Assembly (NCBI RefSeq): GCF_963921235.1
Contig: NC_086097.1
Span: forward strand, 194,124,001 to 194,188,000
Direction: 5' to 3'
DNA length: 64,000 nucleotides
From: Mobula hypostoma
Taxonomy: Eukaryota
Positions 38,826 through 54,175 of the stretch are shown here, in pieces. Made by a program: the position numbers and the translations under genes. Each line of letters starts with the position of its first letter. Positions within the stretch are counted from its first letter, which is position 1. The notes under the pieces are model-generated. The model was not told the origin of the DNA, made no database searches, and worked only from the letters and a program-made list of their open reading frames with translations.

Positions 38826-39676
38826 ACGTTCCTGTTTGGCAGAACCCCAAATCATGCCAACCTGAGAGGTATATTATTTGTGAAAGGTGGCCTTCTCACC
38901 ACAGAGTCCCATGGCTGTTAGCAGAGCTGGCAAACAGGCCAGATTTGCATACAAGCCTGGTGAGGTGTTTGCATGTATAAAGACAACAGATTTTTATTCT
39001 GCTTCTGGATAGCTCTGACATCCTATTTCTTTTTTCTGAATTATTGATCCTTAACCTATTAGAATAGCAGGTTTACAGATTCATTTGTGGATCCAATACT
39101 TTTTTGGTATTGCCCATATTAATACTGGGCAAATACCCAAAATGGCCACTTCTTGGCTGGTACTTAATCCACATACTGTGCAAAAATACACTACCTTTTG
39201 GATAGATCTGATGGCTATGGCAGCATGCAAACAAAAGGCTTCAAAGCTGTAAATCTGAAAAGAATACAAGTGCTCCCACCATTATCATTTGAACTGATAA
39301 CTCATTGCTTGAAAGAATAAACTCAGTAGAGCTTAGCCACTACAACACTTACCACTCAGGATGTGGTGGCTTTGCTGAACAGGTTTTCAGTCTCATAAAT
39401 TTGATTAATCATCTGCTGCAAGTGGTCTATTTGTTTTAGATTTAACCGTTGTTCCTTTTCTTCTTAGTCACTAAATGTTGCAGATGACTCATGTCCACTC
39501 CAGTTATGTGAATCTTGAAGTGGCAGATGAGGAAACGACAGATTCCTCCAAAGACGAAGCAGAGAAGATGCCTGAATATTTGTGAAGTGGTATGCTCATT
39601 ACATTGGGGTTCCATGAGATGTATGGTTATTTTAATATGATTTCCTATGCACTTTGATTTATCATGAGACAGGGAT

Positions 39677-40590
39677 AGAAACATAGAAAATAGGTGCAGG
39701 AGTAGGCCATTTGGCCCTTCAAGCCTGCACCGCCATTCAGTATGATCATGGCTGATCATCCAACTCAGAACCCTGCACCTGCCTTCTCTCCATACCCACT
39801 GATCCCTTTAGCCACAAGGGCCATATCTAAATCCCACTTGAATATCGCCAAAGAACTGGCCTCAACTGTTTCCTATGGCAGAGAATTCCACAGATTCACA
39901 ACTCTCTGTGTGAAAAAGTTTTTCCTAATCTCGGTCCTAAAAGGCTTCCCCTTTATCCTCAAACTGTGACCCCTCATTCTGGACTTTCTCAACATTGGGA
40001 ACAATCTTCCTGCATCTAGCCTGTCCAATCCCTTTAGGATTTTATACGTTTCAGTAAGATCCCCCCTCAATCTTCTAAATTCCAGAGAGTATAAGCCAAG
40101 TCAATCCAGTCCTTCATCATATGAAAGTCCTGCCATCCCAGGAATCAATCTGGTGAACCTTCTTTGTACTCCCTCTATAGTAAGAATGTCTTTCCTCAGA
40201 TTAGGGGACCAAAACTGCACACAATACTCCAGGTGTAGTCTCACCAAGGCCTTGTACAACTGCAGTAGAACCTCCCTACTCCTGTACTCGAATCCTCTCG
40301 CTATAAATGCCAGCATACCATTCGCCTTTTTCACCGCCTGCTGTACCTGCATGCCCACTTTCAATGACTGGTGTATAATGACACCCAGGTCTCGTTGCAC
40401 CTCCCCTTTTCCTAATCGGCAACCATTTAGATAATAATCAGTTTTCATGTTTTTGCCACCAAAGTGGATAACCTCACATTTATCCACATTAAATTGTATC
40501 TGCCATGAATTTGCCCACTCACCTAACCTATCCAAGTCACCCTGCATCCTCTTAGCATCCTCCTCACAGCTAACACTGCCGCCCAGCTTC
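39677..40590 (-). mobile_element. Young CR1 3' portion
   Basis: VRLHLEYCVQFWSP; (CATAGAAA)-type tail; near-identical to 44053-44565 and 50560-51490. Confidence 0.92.
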
Positions 40591-41000
40591 GCCCAGGATT
40601 CCCAAGCACCAGTGGGGATCTTGCATTTCTTCAGGACTTCAAGTATGTCCTCTCTCTGCCTGATAATCCCTTCCTGTGTAAGAGCATGGAAGAGTGCTCT
40701 GGTTTAGGATCCTGATTTTAGCCATGTAATTGGTATGGCATTTCCAACAGAATCAGCGAAGATTAATGATCACCTCGTTGCCAAGGTGTCATCTTGGGAC
40801 AGGTTATTGCTTCACTTAACTTTTGTGGAGACATTTTTGGTGACACCTCAGTGCTTTGAGATGCCTCAGAAGCATATAAGAGGGCAAGGAGCATTGCTAT
40901 TGAATTAAGAATCATGCCTCTTAAGAGAGCTTCATTGTCAAATGTCATTTTCCTGAATCAGCCAAAGGCTGTACTGGTGCATTGAAAGTAATGAGGTTTG
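40591..41000 (-). mobile_element. Degraded RTE-clade LINE fragment
   Basis: Remnant ..FDN..LLALLYASEA.. resembles the RTE C-terminal 'LPALLYASETW' region. Confidence 0.5.
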
Positions 41001-42589
41001 CTAACGTTAAAAGGTGGCTCCCAAAATGGTGGATCTGGCTGACACCTTCCAGAGACTTGATGTGAGCTTTTACTGTCAGAGGTTTTGGAGATCAGGGCAA
41101 TTTTGGTAGAGGACCCTTACTTCGGATATACTGCAAATGCACATGCTCTTGTATGCTTCAATAAACAAACCAATGATTATTTAGAGCTTCGCAACTAACC
41201 TGCACAAATGCTAGTGTAAATTGAATGCATCCACTTGACCATGGAATGTGTGGTGAATTTCGTTCTGGAGTGCATACATTATAGATTCAGCTGTTTTCCT
41301 TTAGTTCCAATCCTACAGAAAGCTTGTTGGAGGCAGGAAGAAACATTGCAGTATTCCCCTCCATAGATACTGCCTGACCTTGTGAGTTCCTCGACGATTT
41401 TGTGCAAGTTGTTCAAGATGTCCAGCATCTGCAGAACCTTGTGTTGATGATTTGCAGCAAGAAAATATTTGGATTATTACACAGCCTTGTTTGCCACGGG
41501 TCTGCACTGAGATGTATTCTGATGTAAACCTTTTGACTAAAATTTTAGCTATGATAAAGAGTCCTAAAAAAAAGATATGCAAATCATTATTGTTTCTACC
41601 ATTTCTGAGATACCAGTGAAACCTTATAAAGGCCAGTTTTTTGTATTTCAGTATTTTAGCTGAAGTCCTACAATTATTCAACCACACCCTCCAATAGCTA
41701 TGAAGTGTCTGCATATTTCTATTCCAAGTGAATATGAACTCTTCTTCTCAAATGCACCTTTCCACTCCAAGTCTCAGCTGGCTTCACTTTCCCTGTAGAT
41801 CTAAACATTTCCAAGTCTGCACTCCCTCACTATGAACTCTTCCTCTGTGGGTTCACTCTGCTCCTATTTACATCCTTCCTTTGTGCCAGCCAGAACATCC
41901 ATTGAGCTATGAGGAAAAGTGAGATGGAAACAAGGTGGGAAATCAATAACAGGAATAATGGTGAAAGTAGTAATTGCACAGTGGTAACATTTTAAGCATA
42001 TCATTCAAATTACTTAATTTTCTAAAAGCACCAAGTTCCACACTTTGGTTAACAAGGGACATGTCATACAAATTTAAGACCTGTGCTTTGGAAGACGGGT
42101 TTGTAACTAATACATAAAAATCAACAACCTCACCACAAAAAAAAAATCAAGTAAAACTGCATGACTATACCTACATTTTTTAAAATAAATATATTATGGT
42201 AGTGGGATTAGGAGCCAGTAGTTTAAGGAAATAGAGACATTTAATATCACATCTTTCAATTATTTGGAGGTTTACTAAAAATTAGGAGCTTCTGTCCAGA
42301 TTGGCCCTGAAAGGAAAATAGCCATGATTTCAACATTAGAATTTAAAGCCAGTTGAAATTTATGAAAAATGTTACATTGCATGATCAACTTCACCTAAAA
42401 CATGAAATACTGTCTTGTACATTACTTTTGCTTTAAAAAGTAGGCGACTCTATAAAATGTGTATAAGTAGCACATTTTCTAAGACTCCACACTGGGAAGA
42501 AAGCTATGTAAATTGCACCTACAGTGCACTTCATCTCCTAAAATAGGTTAGTATATTTATAGTTTCCCTTTTAGAGTGAAGAAAGCAGC

Positions 42590-42885
42590 ATTCATCAAGG
42601 ACACCCACTCTTTCCTCACTGCTGCCATCTGGAAGGAGGTGCAGGAGCCTTAGGTCCTACACCATTAGGTTCAAGAACAGTTGTTACTCTTCAATCATTC
42701 GGCTCCTGACACAATGTGGATAACTTCACTCACCTCAGCACTGAACTGATTCCATCATCCATGGACTCACTTTCAAAGACTCTACAACTCATGACTCAAT
42801 ATAATTAATGACTTATTATTATTTGTATTTGGTGACATATCCCTGTACATATTTTGATAATAAATTTAGTTTGAATTTTGAATCA
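42590..42885 (+). mobile_element. Rex1/Babar-type 3' end
   Basis: Homologous to 22590-22830 (aggttcaagaacagtt; ggataacttcact). Confidence 0.65.
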
Positions 42886-42899
42886 TATCCTTCTATTTT

Positions 42900-45800
42900 C
42901 TGCTGGAAAACGATGATGGAGAGGTACTAATGGGGGACAGAAATAGTGGATGAGCTGAATAAGTATTTTTAATCGGTCTTCACTGTGGAAGACACTAGCA
43001 GTATGCTGGAAGTTCCAGGTATCAGGGGGTCATGAAATGTGTGAAGTTACTATAACTAGAGAGTAGGTGCTTGGAAAATTGAAAAGTAGATAAGTCATTT
43101 GAACCAGATGGTTAACATCACAGTTTTCAGAAAGAGGTGGCTTGAAAGATCGTAGAGGCATTAATAATGGTCTTTCAAGAATCATTAGATTCCGGAATGA
43201 TTCCAGTGACTGGAAAATTGCAAATGTCACCCCACTCTTCCAGAAGGGAGACAGGCAGAAGAAAGGAAACTATATGCCTTATGAAACTATACTCTGACCC
43301 TCAATGCTTGGAAAGGTGCTGCAGTCGATTACTAAGAATGAGATCTCAGGGTACTTGAAGGTACATGATAAAATAAGTCACAGTCAGCATGAGGTTGAGT
43401 CTGTGGTGAGGAAGGCAAATGTGATGGTAGCATCCATTTTAAGAGGACAAGAATACAAAAGCAAGGATGTAATGTTGAGACTTAATAAAGCACTGGTGAA
43501 GCCTCACTTGCAGTATTGTGACCAGTTTTAAACCATAAGACACAGGAGCAGAATTAGGCCATTCAGCTGAGCCTGCTCCATCATTCCATCATGGCTGATC
43601 GGGATCTCATTCAATCCCATACACCTGCCTTCTCGCCATATCCCCGATGCCCTGACTAATCAGGAAACTATCAAATTCTGCCTTACCCACAGATTAGGCA
43701 TCCACCACTGTCTGTGGCAGAGTATTCCACAGATTCACTACTCTCTGGCTAAAAAAATCCCTCATTACCTCATTCTAAAAGGTTGCCCCTCAATTTTGAG
43801 GCTGTGCCCTTTAGTTCTGGATACCCTCACCAGAAGAAACATCTCCACTTCCACCCTATCTAGTCCTTTCAACATTTGATAGGTTTCAATGAGATCCTCC
43901 TGCATTCTTCTAGATTTCAGAGAGTACAGGCCCAAAGCTGCCAAACCCTCCACATATGTTAACCCCTTCATTACTGGAATAATCCTTGTGAACCTCTTCT
44001 GGACTCTCTCCAATGACAATCAGAGATATGAAGCCCAAAACTGTTGGCAATAAACATAGAAAACATAGAAAACAGGTGCAGGAGTAGGTCATTCGGCCCT
44101 TTGAGCCTGCACCGCCATTCAGTATGATCATGACTGATCATCCAACTCAGAACCCTGTACCAGCCTTCCCTCCGTACCCCCTGATCCCTTTAGCCACAAG
44201 GGCCATGTCTAACTCCCTCTTAAATATAGTCAATGAACTGGCCTCAACTGTTTCCTGTGGCAGAGAATTCCACAGATTCACCACTCTCTGTGTGAAGAAG
44301 TTTTTCCTAATCTCGGTCCTAAAAGGCTTCCCCTTTATCCTCAAACTGTGACCCCTCATTCTGGACCTCCCCAACATCGGGAACAATCTTCCTGCATCTA
44401 GCCTGTCCAATCCCTTTAGGATTTTATACGTTTCAATAAGACGCCCCTCAATCTTCAAAATTCCAACGAGTATAAGCCTAGTCGATCCAGTCTTTCATCA
44501 TATGAAAGTCCTGCCATCCCAGGAATCAATCTGGTGAACCTTCTTTGTACTCCCTCTTTGGCACAAACTTTGCCACAAAGCCATCAATTCTATTATCCAA
44601 ATTATTGACAAACAATGTGAAAAGTAGCAGCCCAAATACTGACCCCTAAGGAACACCTCTAGTCACTGGCAGCCAACTAGAAGAAGCCCCTTTTATTCCC
44701 ACTCACTGCTTCCTGCCTGCCAGCCATTCCTCTATCCATGCCAGTATCCTTCCTGTAACGCCATAGGATTTTATCTTGTTAAGCAGTATCATGTGAGGCA
44801 CCTATGAAATGCCTTCTGAAAATCCAAGTAAGTGACATCCATGGCCTCTCCTTTGTCCACCCTGTTTGTTACTTCCTCAAAGAACTTCATCAGATTTGTC
44901 TGGCAATATTTCCCTTCACAGAATCCATGCTGACTTTGGCTCATTTATCATTAGTTTCCAAAGACCCCAAAACCTCATCCTTAGTAATGGCCACTGAGGT
45001 GAGGCTAACTGGCCTATAATTTCCTTTCTTTTGCCTTCTTCCTTTCTTAAAGAGTGACATGACATTTGTAATCTTCCAGTCCACTGGGACCATGCCAGAA
45101 TCAAGTGATTCTTGAACGATCTTGACCAATGCATCCTTCATCTCTTCAACAATCTGCCTCAGGACCCTAGGATGTAGTATATCTGGTCCAGGTGACTCAT
45201 CCATCTTAAGACCTTTCAGTTTGCCGAGACTTTTTCCTTTGTACAAACGTAATAGCAATGGCACTCACTCCTGCTCCCAGACACTCACGGACCTCTGGCA
45301 CACTGATAGCGTCTTCCACAGTGAAGACTGATGCAAGGTGCTCATTAAGTTCATCTGCCATTTCTTTATCCCCCATTACTACCTCAGTAGCATCATTTTC
45401 CAGTGGTCCTATATCAACTCTCCCCTCCCTTTTACTCTTGATATAACTGAAAAAAAAACTTCTGGTATCCTGCTTTATATCATTGGCTAGTTTGCCCTCA
45501 TATTTAATCTTTTCCTTTCTTTTAGCTGCCTTGTATAAAAGGACCAGGTATAAACCTTCCCAGCCATCCAACTTCCCACTCACTTTTGCTACCTTATATA
45601 CACTTTCCTTGGTTTTTTATGCAGTCCCTAACTTCCTTTGTTAGCCACAGTTGCCTAGCTCTGCCATTTGAGTACATCTTCTTCTGTTGGACATATCTAT
45701 CCTGTACCTTGTGAACTATTCCCAGAAATCTCAGTTGCCTCTGCTCTGCTGACATCCTCCTCCAATCCACATGGGCAATTTCCTCTCTCATATTTCCGTA

Positions 45801-48800
45801 ATTCCCTTTATTCCGTTATGATACTGATACATATGACTTATGCTTCTCCCACTTAATCTGCAGTATGAATTCAATCATATTATGATCACTCTCTCCTAAA
45901 GGTTCTTTACATTAAGCTCCCTAATAAGATCTGGGTTATTGCACAACACCCAATCTAAGATCGCCTTTCCCTGAGTAGGCTCAAGCACAAGCTGCTCTAA
46001 AAAGCTATCTTGTAGGAATCCAACAAATTCCCTCTCTTGTGATCTGACACCAGCCTGATTTTCCCAATCCTCTTGCATTTTGAAGTCCTCCATTCTGTCA
46101 TTACCTTGATTAAATGCCTTTTCAAACTCCCTTTGCAATCTCAACCCCACATCTTGCCTGCTATTTGTAGGGTGATATATGATTCCCATAAAGGTTTTTA
46201 ATACCCTTGCAATTTCTTAACTCCACCCACAAAGATTCAACATTCTTTTGACCTTATGTCACCTCTTTCTAAAGATGTAATTCCATCTGTTACCAACAGA
46301 GCTACACCACCACCTATGCCTTCCTGTCTGTCCTTTTGATACAAAATATATCCTTTGAGGTTAAGCTCCCAACTGTGACCTTCTTTCAGCCATGGCTCAG
46401 TGACGCTCACAATGTCATATTGATTGATCTGTAATTGCGCCATGAATTCATCCACTTTATTCCGAATGCTACATGCATTCACATACAGCACCTTCATTCT
46501 TACATTCTTCGCCCTTTTGAACTTTGTCTCTGTGGTACAATTTAACTCTGTTCTGCCTGTATTTGTATCCAGTCATTGGCTTGTCCTTCCTTACATTCAT
46601 GTTACATCCATCAACTACTTGTAAACCTGCTGGGTCATCCTATCATACTAGTTCCCATATCCTGCCATATTTAAGCTGCTCCCAAAAGCTCTAGTAAACC
46701 TGCCCGCAAAAATATTGGACACCTCAGATTAAAGTGCAACTCGTCCCTTTTGTACAGGTCACAACTGCCCCAGAAGAGGCACCAATTATCCAGAAATCTG
46801 AATTCCTGCCCCCTGCTCCAATTCTTCAAGCCAATGATTTATCTGCCACCCCATTCTATTCCTATACTGTCGCATGGCACACTGGACCCCTTAAATTAGA
46901 AAGGATGTGCTGAAACTGGAGAGAGTTCAAAGGAAGTTCATGAAAATGATTCCAGGATTGAAGAGCGTTTGATGGCTCTGGGCCTGTATTCACTGGAATT
47001 CAGAAGAATGAGGCGTGACCTAATTGAATTGTGAAAGGCTTTGATAGAGTGGATGTGGAGAGGACGTTTCCTATGGTGGGACAGTCTAAGACCAGTGAAC
47101 ACAGCCTCAGAATAGAGGGGAGTCCTTTTAGAACGGAGATGTGGAGGAATTTCTTGAACCAGAGGGTGGTGAATCTGTGGAATTTGTTGCCACAGGTAGC
47201 TGTGGAGGCCAAGTCTTTATGTATATTCAAGATCATAAGACATAGCAGCAAAATTAGGCCATTTGGCCCATGAAGCCTGCTCCACCTTTCAATCATGGCT
47301 GATCCTTTTTTCCCCCTCCTCAGCTCCACTTCCCAGTCTTCTCTCTGTAACTTATGATGCCACCTCCGATCAAGAACTATCAAGCTCTGCCTTAAATGCA
47401 CCCAACAACCTGGCCACCACAGCTGCCTGTGGTAACAAATTCCACAAATTCACCATGCTCTGGCTAAAGAAATTTCTCCGCATCTGTTTTAAATGAACCC
47501 TCCCTAATACCAGCACATTTTTCTTAGATGAGGAGCACAAAACTGTCAACAATACTCAAAGTGAGGCCTCACCAATGTCTTATAAAGCCTCAACAGCACA
47601 TCCCTACTCTTGTATTCCAGACCTCTTGAAATGAATGCTAATATTCTATTTGCCTTCCTCACCACCAACTTGACCTGCAAATTAACCTTTAGGGTGTTCT
47701 GCACAAGGACTCCCAAGTCCCCTTTCATCTCTGATTTTTGCATTTTCTCTCTGTTTAGAAAATAATCTGCACATTTATTTCTACTACCAAAGTGCATGAC
47801 CATGTATTGTCCAATATTGTATTTCATTTGCCACATTCTCCTAATCTGTCTAAATCCTTCTGTAGCCTACCTGTTTCCTCAATACTACCTGCCCCTCCAC
47901 CAGTCTTTGTATCATTTGCAAATTTGGCAACAAAACCATCTATTCCATCATTTAAATCATTGATATACAGCATAAAAAAGCAGTCCCAACACTGACACCT
48001 GTGGAACACCACTCGTCACTGGCAGCCAATCAGAAAAGTATCCTTTTATTTCCACTCGCTGTCTCCTACCAATCAGCCAATGCTCTAACCATGCCAGCAA
48101 CTTTCCTGTAATACCATGGGCTTTTAACTTGGTAAGCAGCTTCATGGGTGGCACCTTGTCAAAGGCCTTCTGCAAGTCCAAATATACAACATCTACTACA
48201 CCCCTTTATTTATCCTACTTGTAATCTCCTCAAAGAATTCCAACAGGTTTGTGAGGCAAGATTTTCCCTTAAGGAAACCATGCTGACTTTGTCCTATCTT
48301 GTCCTGTGTCACCAAGTGCTCCATCACCTCATCCTTAACAATTGACTCCAACATCTTCCCTACTATTGAAATCAATGTTTTCCTTTCTGTTACCTTTCTC
48401 CTTTCTTAAAGAGTGGAGTGACATTTGCAAATTTCCAGTCCTCTAGAACCATGCCAGAGTCCAATATTTTTTGAAAGATCATTACTAATGCCTCCACATC
48501 TCTAACGCCACCTCTTTCAGAACCCTAGGGTGCAGTTCATCTGGTCTGGGTGACTTATCTACCCTTAGCTTTTTGAGCACCTTCTCACTTGTAGTAGTAA
48601 CTGCACTCACTTCTCTTCCCTCACACCCTTCAACATCTGGCACACTACTAGTGACTTCCACAGTCAAGACTGATGCAAAATATTCATTTAGTTAATCTGC
48701 CATCTCCTTGTCCCCCGTTACTGTTTCTCCTGCCCCATTTTCCAGCAGTTCTATAGGCATTCTCAGGGTATTCTCATCTCTATTTTTTACATGAAAAAGC

Positions 48801-51800
48801 TTTTAATATCCACTTTGATATTGTTTGCAAGCTTGATTTCATATTTCATCTTTTCCCTCAATAATTCTTTTAGTTGCTCCCTGTAGATTTTTAAAAGCTT
48901 CCCAATCCTCTATCTTCCCACTAATGTTGCTTTGTTGTATGTCCTCACTTTTGCTTTTACTTTAGTTTTGACATCCCTTGTCACCGATTGTACTTTTTCC
49001 CATTTGCATATTTCTTCATTTTTGGAATACATCTATCCTGCACCTTCCTCGTTTTCCCCAAAAACTCACGCCACGGGTGCTCTGAAGTTATCCCTGCCAG
49101 CTGCTCCTTCCAATTCACCTTGGCCAACTCCTCTCATACCACTGTTAATTTCCTTTACTGCACTGAAATACTGCTACATCAGACTTTACTTTATCCTTGT
49201 CAAATTTTAAGTTGAACTCAATCATGCTGTGATCACTGCCACCTAAGGTTCTTTTGCCTTAAGCTGCCTAATCGCCTCTGGCCCTTTTCATAACACCCAA
49301 TCCAGCATAGCTGATTCCCCAGTAGGTTCAAGGAAAGGACAAACTCTTCGAAGAAGCCATCCTGCAGCATTCAAGAAACTCACTTCTCTTGAGATCCATT
49401 AATAACCTAATTTTCCCAATCAGTGTACATACTGAAATCTCCCAGGGCTATCATAACATTGCCCTTTTGACATGCCTTTTCTATGTCCCATTGTAATTTG
49501 TGGTCCACATCCCAGCTACTGTTGGGAGGCCTGCATATGCTGTAACTGCCATCAGGGTCCTTTTACCCTTGCAGTTTCTTAACACAACCCACAAGGATTC
49601 AGCATCTTCCGATCCTATGTCACATCTTTCTAATAATTTGATGCCATTCTTTACCAGCAAAGCCACGCCACATCCCTGCCTACCTTCATATCCCTCCAAT
49701 ACAACGTGTAACCGTGGATATTCAGCTCCCAACTACAACCATCCTTCAGCCATGATTCAGTGATGGCCACAACAGTATACCTGACAATCTGTAATAGTGC
49801 AACAAGATCATCCACCTTATTTTTTTATACTCCATGCATTGAGATATAACACTTTGAATACTGTATTTGCTACCCTTTTAGATTTTGCATCCCTAATGCA
49901 CTGATCTTCATCTTGCTGGCTGTAATTTTGTCTATCATCTGTCTGCACTTCCTGACAGTCTGACTGCAGGCTATCTTTGCTTTTTTACCATCTGTCCTAT
50001 CCCAACTCCCTTCACTCTGATTCTCACTCCCATGCCAAGTTAGTTTAAACCCTCCCCAACAGCTTTGACAAACCTGCCCATGAGAATATTGGTCCCCCTT
50101 TGGTTCAGATGCAACCCATCACTTTTGTACAAGTCATATCACCCCCAGAAGAGATCCCAGTTATCCAAGAACCTGAAGCCTTGCCTCCTGCACCAGCTTC
50201 TCAGCATTAATCTGCCAAATCACCCCGTTTCTACCCTCACTGGCATGTGGCACAGGCAATCCAGAAATTACTATACTGCAGGTCCTGCTTCTCAGCTTTC
50301 TGCCTAGCTCTGTAAATTCTCTTTTCAGGACCTCTTTGCTTTTCCTTCCTAAGTCATTCGTACCAAGATATCTGGCTGCTCTCCCTCCCCCTCCTAAATG
50401 CTGTGGACACGATCTGAGATGTCACTGACACCTGGGAGGCAGCATAGCATATGGGTGTCCTGTTCACATCCACAGAATCTCCTGTCTGTTCCCCTAACTA
50501 TTGAGTTCTCTATCATGACCACCCCCTTCTTCCTCCTCTATCCAAAGGTTGATAGATTCATAGAAACAGAGAAACATAGAAAATAGGTGCAGGAGTAGGC
50601 CATTCGGCCCTTTGAGCTTGCACCACCATTCAGTATGATCATGGCTGATCATCCAACTCAGAACCCTGTACCTGCCTTCTCTCCATACCCACTGGTCCCT
50701 TTAGCCACAAGGGCCATATCTAACTCCCTCTTAAGCATAGCCAATGAACTGGCCTCAGCTGTTTCCTGTGGCAGAGAATTCCACAGATTCACCACTCTCT
50801 GTGTGAAGAAGATTTCCCTCATCTCAGTCCTAAAAGGCTTCCCCTTTATCCTTAAACTGTGACCCCTTGTTCTGGACTTCCCCAACATCGGGAATAATCT
50901 TCCTGCATCTAGCCTGTCCAATCCCTTTAGGATTTTATACATTTCAATAAGATCCCCCCTCAATCTTCTAAATTCCAGCGAGTATAAGCCTAGTCAATCC
51001 AGTCTTTCATCATATGAAAGTCCTGCCATCCCAGGAATTAATTTGGGGGTGAACCTTCTTTGTACTCCCTCTATGGCAAGAATGTCTCTCCTCAGATTAG
51101 GGGACCAAAACTGCACACAATACTCCAGGTGTGGTCTCACCAAGGCCTTGTAGAACTGCAGTAGTACATCCCTGCTCCTGTACTCGAATCCTCTTGCTAT
51201 GAATGCCAGCATACCATTCGCCTTTTTCACCACCTGCTGTACTTGCATGCCCACTTTCAATGACTGGTGTATAATGACACCCAGGTCTCGTTGCACCCCC
51301 CTTTTCCTAATCGGCCACCAATCAGATAATAATCTGTTTTCCTGTTTTTGCCACCAAAGTGGATAACCTCACATTTATCCATATTAAATTGCATCTGCTA
51401 TGAATTTGCCCACTCACCTAACCTATCCAAGTCACCCTGCATCCACTTAGCATCCTCCTCACAGCTAACACTGCCGCCCAGCTTCGTGTCATCCGCAAAC
51501 TTGGAGATGCTGCATTTAATTCCCTCATCTAAGTCATTAATATATATCGTAAACAACTGGGGTCCCAGCACTGAGCCTTGTGGTACCCCACTAGTCACTG
51601 CCTGCCATTCTGAAAAGGTCCCGTTTATTCCCACTCTTTGCTTCCTGTCTGCCAACCAATTCTCTATCCACATCAATACCATACCCCCAATACCATGTGC
51701 TTCAAGTTTGCACACTAATCTCCTGTGTAGGACCTTGTCAAAAGCCTTTTGAAAATCCAAATATACCACATCCACTGGTTCTCCCCTATCCATGCAACTA

Positions 51801-54175
51801 GTTACATCCTCAAAAAATTCTATGAAATTTGTCAGACATGATTTTCCTTTCACAAATCCATGCTGACTTTGTCTGATGATTTCACCGCTTTCCAAATATG
51901 CTGTTATCACATCTTTGATAACTGCCTCTAGCATTTTCCCCACCACTGATGTTAGGCTAACCAGTCTATAATTCCCCGGTTTCTCTCTCCCTCCTTTTTT
52001 AAAAAGCGGGGTTACATTAGCCACCCTCCAATCCTCAGGAACTAGTCCAGAATCTAAAGAGTTTTGAAAAATTATCACTAATGCATCCACTATTTCTTGG
52101 GCTACTTCCTTAAGCACTCTGGGATGCGGACCATCTGGTCCTGGGGATTTATCTACCTTTAATCCCTTCAATTTACCTAACACCACTTCCCTACTAACAT
52201 GTATTTCCCTCAGTTCCTCCATCTGACTAGATCCTCGTCCCCTGCTAAGATTAATTATGTCCTCCTTAGTGAAGACAGAACCAAAGTAGTTATTCAATTG
52301 GTCTGCCATGTCCTTGTTCCCCATGATCAATTCACCTGTTTTTGACTGTAAGGGACCTGCATTTGTCTTAACCAATCTTTTTCTTTCCACATATCTATAA
52401 AAGCTTTTACAGTCAGTTTTTATGTTTCCTGCCAGTTTTCTCTCATATTCTTTTTTCCCTTTCCTAATTAAGTCCTTTGTCCTCCTCTGCTGGACTCTGA
52501 ATTTCTCCCAGTCCTCAGGTGAGTCGCTTTTTCTGGCTAATTTGTATGTTTCTTCTTTGGAATTGATACTATCCCTAATTTCCCTTGTCAGCCACGGGTG
52601 CACTACCTTCCCTGGTTTATTCTTTTGCCAAACTGGGATGAACAATTGTTGTAGTTCATCCATGCAACCTTTAAATGCTTGCCATTGCATATCCACCGTC
52701 AACCCTTTAAGTGTCATTTGCCAGTCTATTTTAGCTAATTCACATCTCATACCTTCAAAGTTACCCTTCTTTAAGTTCAGAACCTTTGTTTCTGAATTAA
52801 CTATGTCACTCTTCATCCTAATGAAGAATTTCACCATATTATGGTCACTCTTACCCAAGGGGCCTCTCACAACAAGATTGCTAATTAACCCTTCCTCATT
52901 GCTCAATACCCAGTCTAGAATGGCCTGCTCTCTAGTCGGTTCCTCGACATGTTGGTTCAGAAAAACCATCCCGCATACATTCCAAGAAATCCTCTTCCTC
53001 AGCACCCTTACCAATTTGGTTCACCCAATCTATATGTAGATTGAAGTCACCCAGTATAACTGCTGTTCCTTTATTGCACACATTTCTAATTTCCTGTTTG
53101 ATGCCATCCACAACCTCACTACTACTGTTAGGTGACCTGTACACAACTCCCACCAGCGTTTTCTGCCCCTTAGTGTTATGCAGCTCTACCCATATCGATT
53201 CCAAATCCCCCCGGTTAATGTCCTTCCTTTCTATTGCATTAATCTCCTCTTTAACCAGTAATGCTACCCCAATCTCCTTTTCTTTCATGTCTATCCCTCC
53301 TGAATATTGAATATCCCTGAATGTTCAGCTCACATCCTTGGTCACCCTGGAGCCATGTCTCTGTGATCCCAAGTATATCATATTCATTAATAACAATCTG
53401 CACTTTTAATTCATCCACCTTGTTACGAATGCTCCTTGCATTGACACACAAAGTCTTCAGGCTTGCTTTTACAACACTCTTAGCCCTTATACAATTATGT
53501 TGAAAAGTGGCCCTTTTTGATTTTTGCCCTGGATTTGCCGGCCTGCCACTTTTACTTTTCACCTTACTACTTTTTGCTTCTACCCTTATTTTACACCCCT
53601 CTGTCTCTCTGCACTTGTTCCCACCCCCCTACCACATTAGTTCAAATCCTCCTGAACAACAGTAGCAAATGCTCCCCCTGGGACATTGGTTCCAGTCCAG
53701 CCCAGGTGCAGACCGTCCTGTTTGTACCGGTCCCACCTCTAGAACTGGTTCCAATGCCCCAGAAATTTGAATCCTTCCCCCTTGCACCATTTTTCAAGCC
53801 ATGTATTCATCTGATATACCCTCCTATTTCTACTCGAACTAGCAGGTGGCACTGGTAGTAATCCAGAGATTACCACCTTTGTGATCCTATTTTTTAGTTT
53901 ATCTCCTAACTCCCTAAATTCACCTTGTAGGACCTCATCCCGTTTTTTTCCTATATCGTTGGTACCAATGTGCACCACGCCCACTGGCTGTTCATCCTCC
54001 CACTCCAGAATGTCCTGCAGCTGCTCAGAGACATTCTTGATTGGTCAGGGCATGAAGGGATATGGAGAGAAGGCAGGAGTTTGTGACTGAGAGGAAAATT
54101 GGATCAGCCATGATGAAATGGTGGAGCAGACTCAATGGGCCAAATTCTGTTCCTGTACCTTATGGTTTTATGGTC
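42900..54175. mobile_element. Cluster of nested CR1 copies: + 42900-43530; - 43530-46885 (with 44053-44565 inserted); + 46885-47230; - 47230-50530; - 50560-54030; + 54030-54175
   Basis: Repeated CR1 ORF1 (VHIGTND), EN (NARSIRNK, GITETW, GDFN) and RT (538-aa ORF 51398-53014 with [23 protein letters not shown]) motifs, plus several 3' tails. Confidence 0.9.

Noticed and set aside
41700..41800. Possible minus-strand exon (STGKVKPAETWSGKVHLRRR*)
   Set aside because: Weak splice context and no recognisable homology.
51398..53014. Active or domesticated reverse transcriptase gene
   Set aside because: Frameshifted from both its endonuclease part and its C-terminus; an ordinary young CR1 copy.
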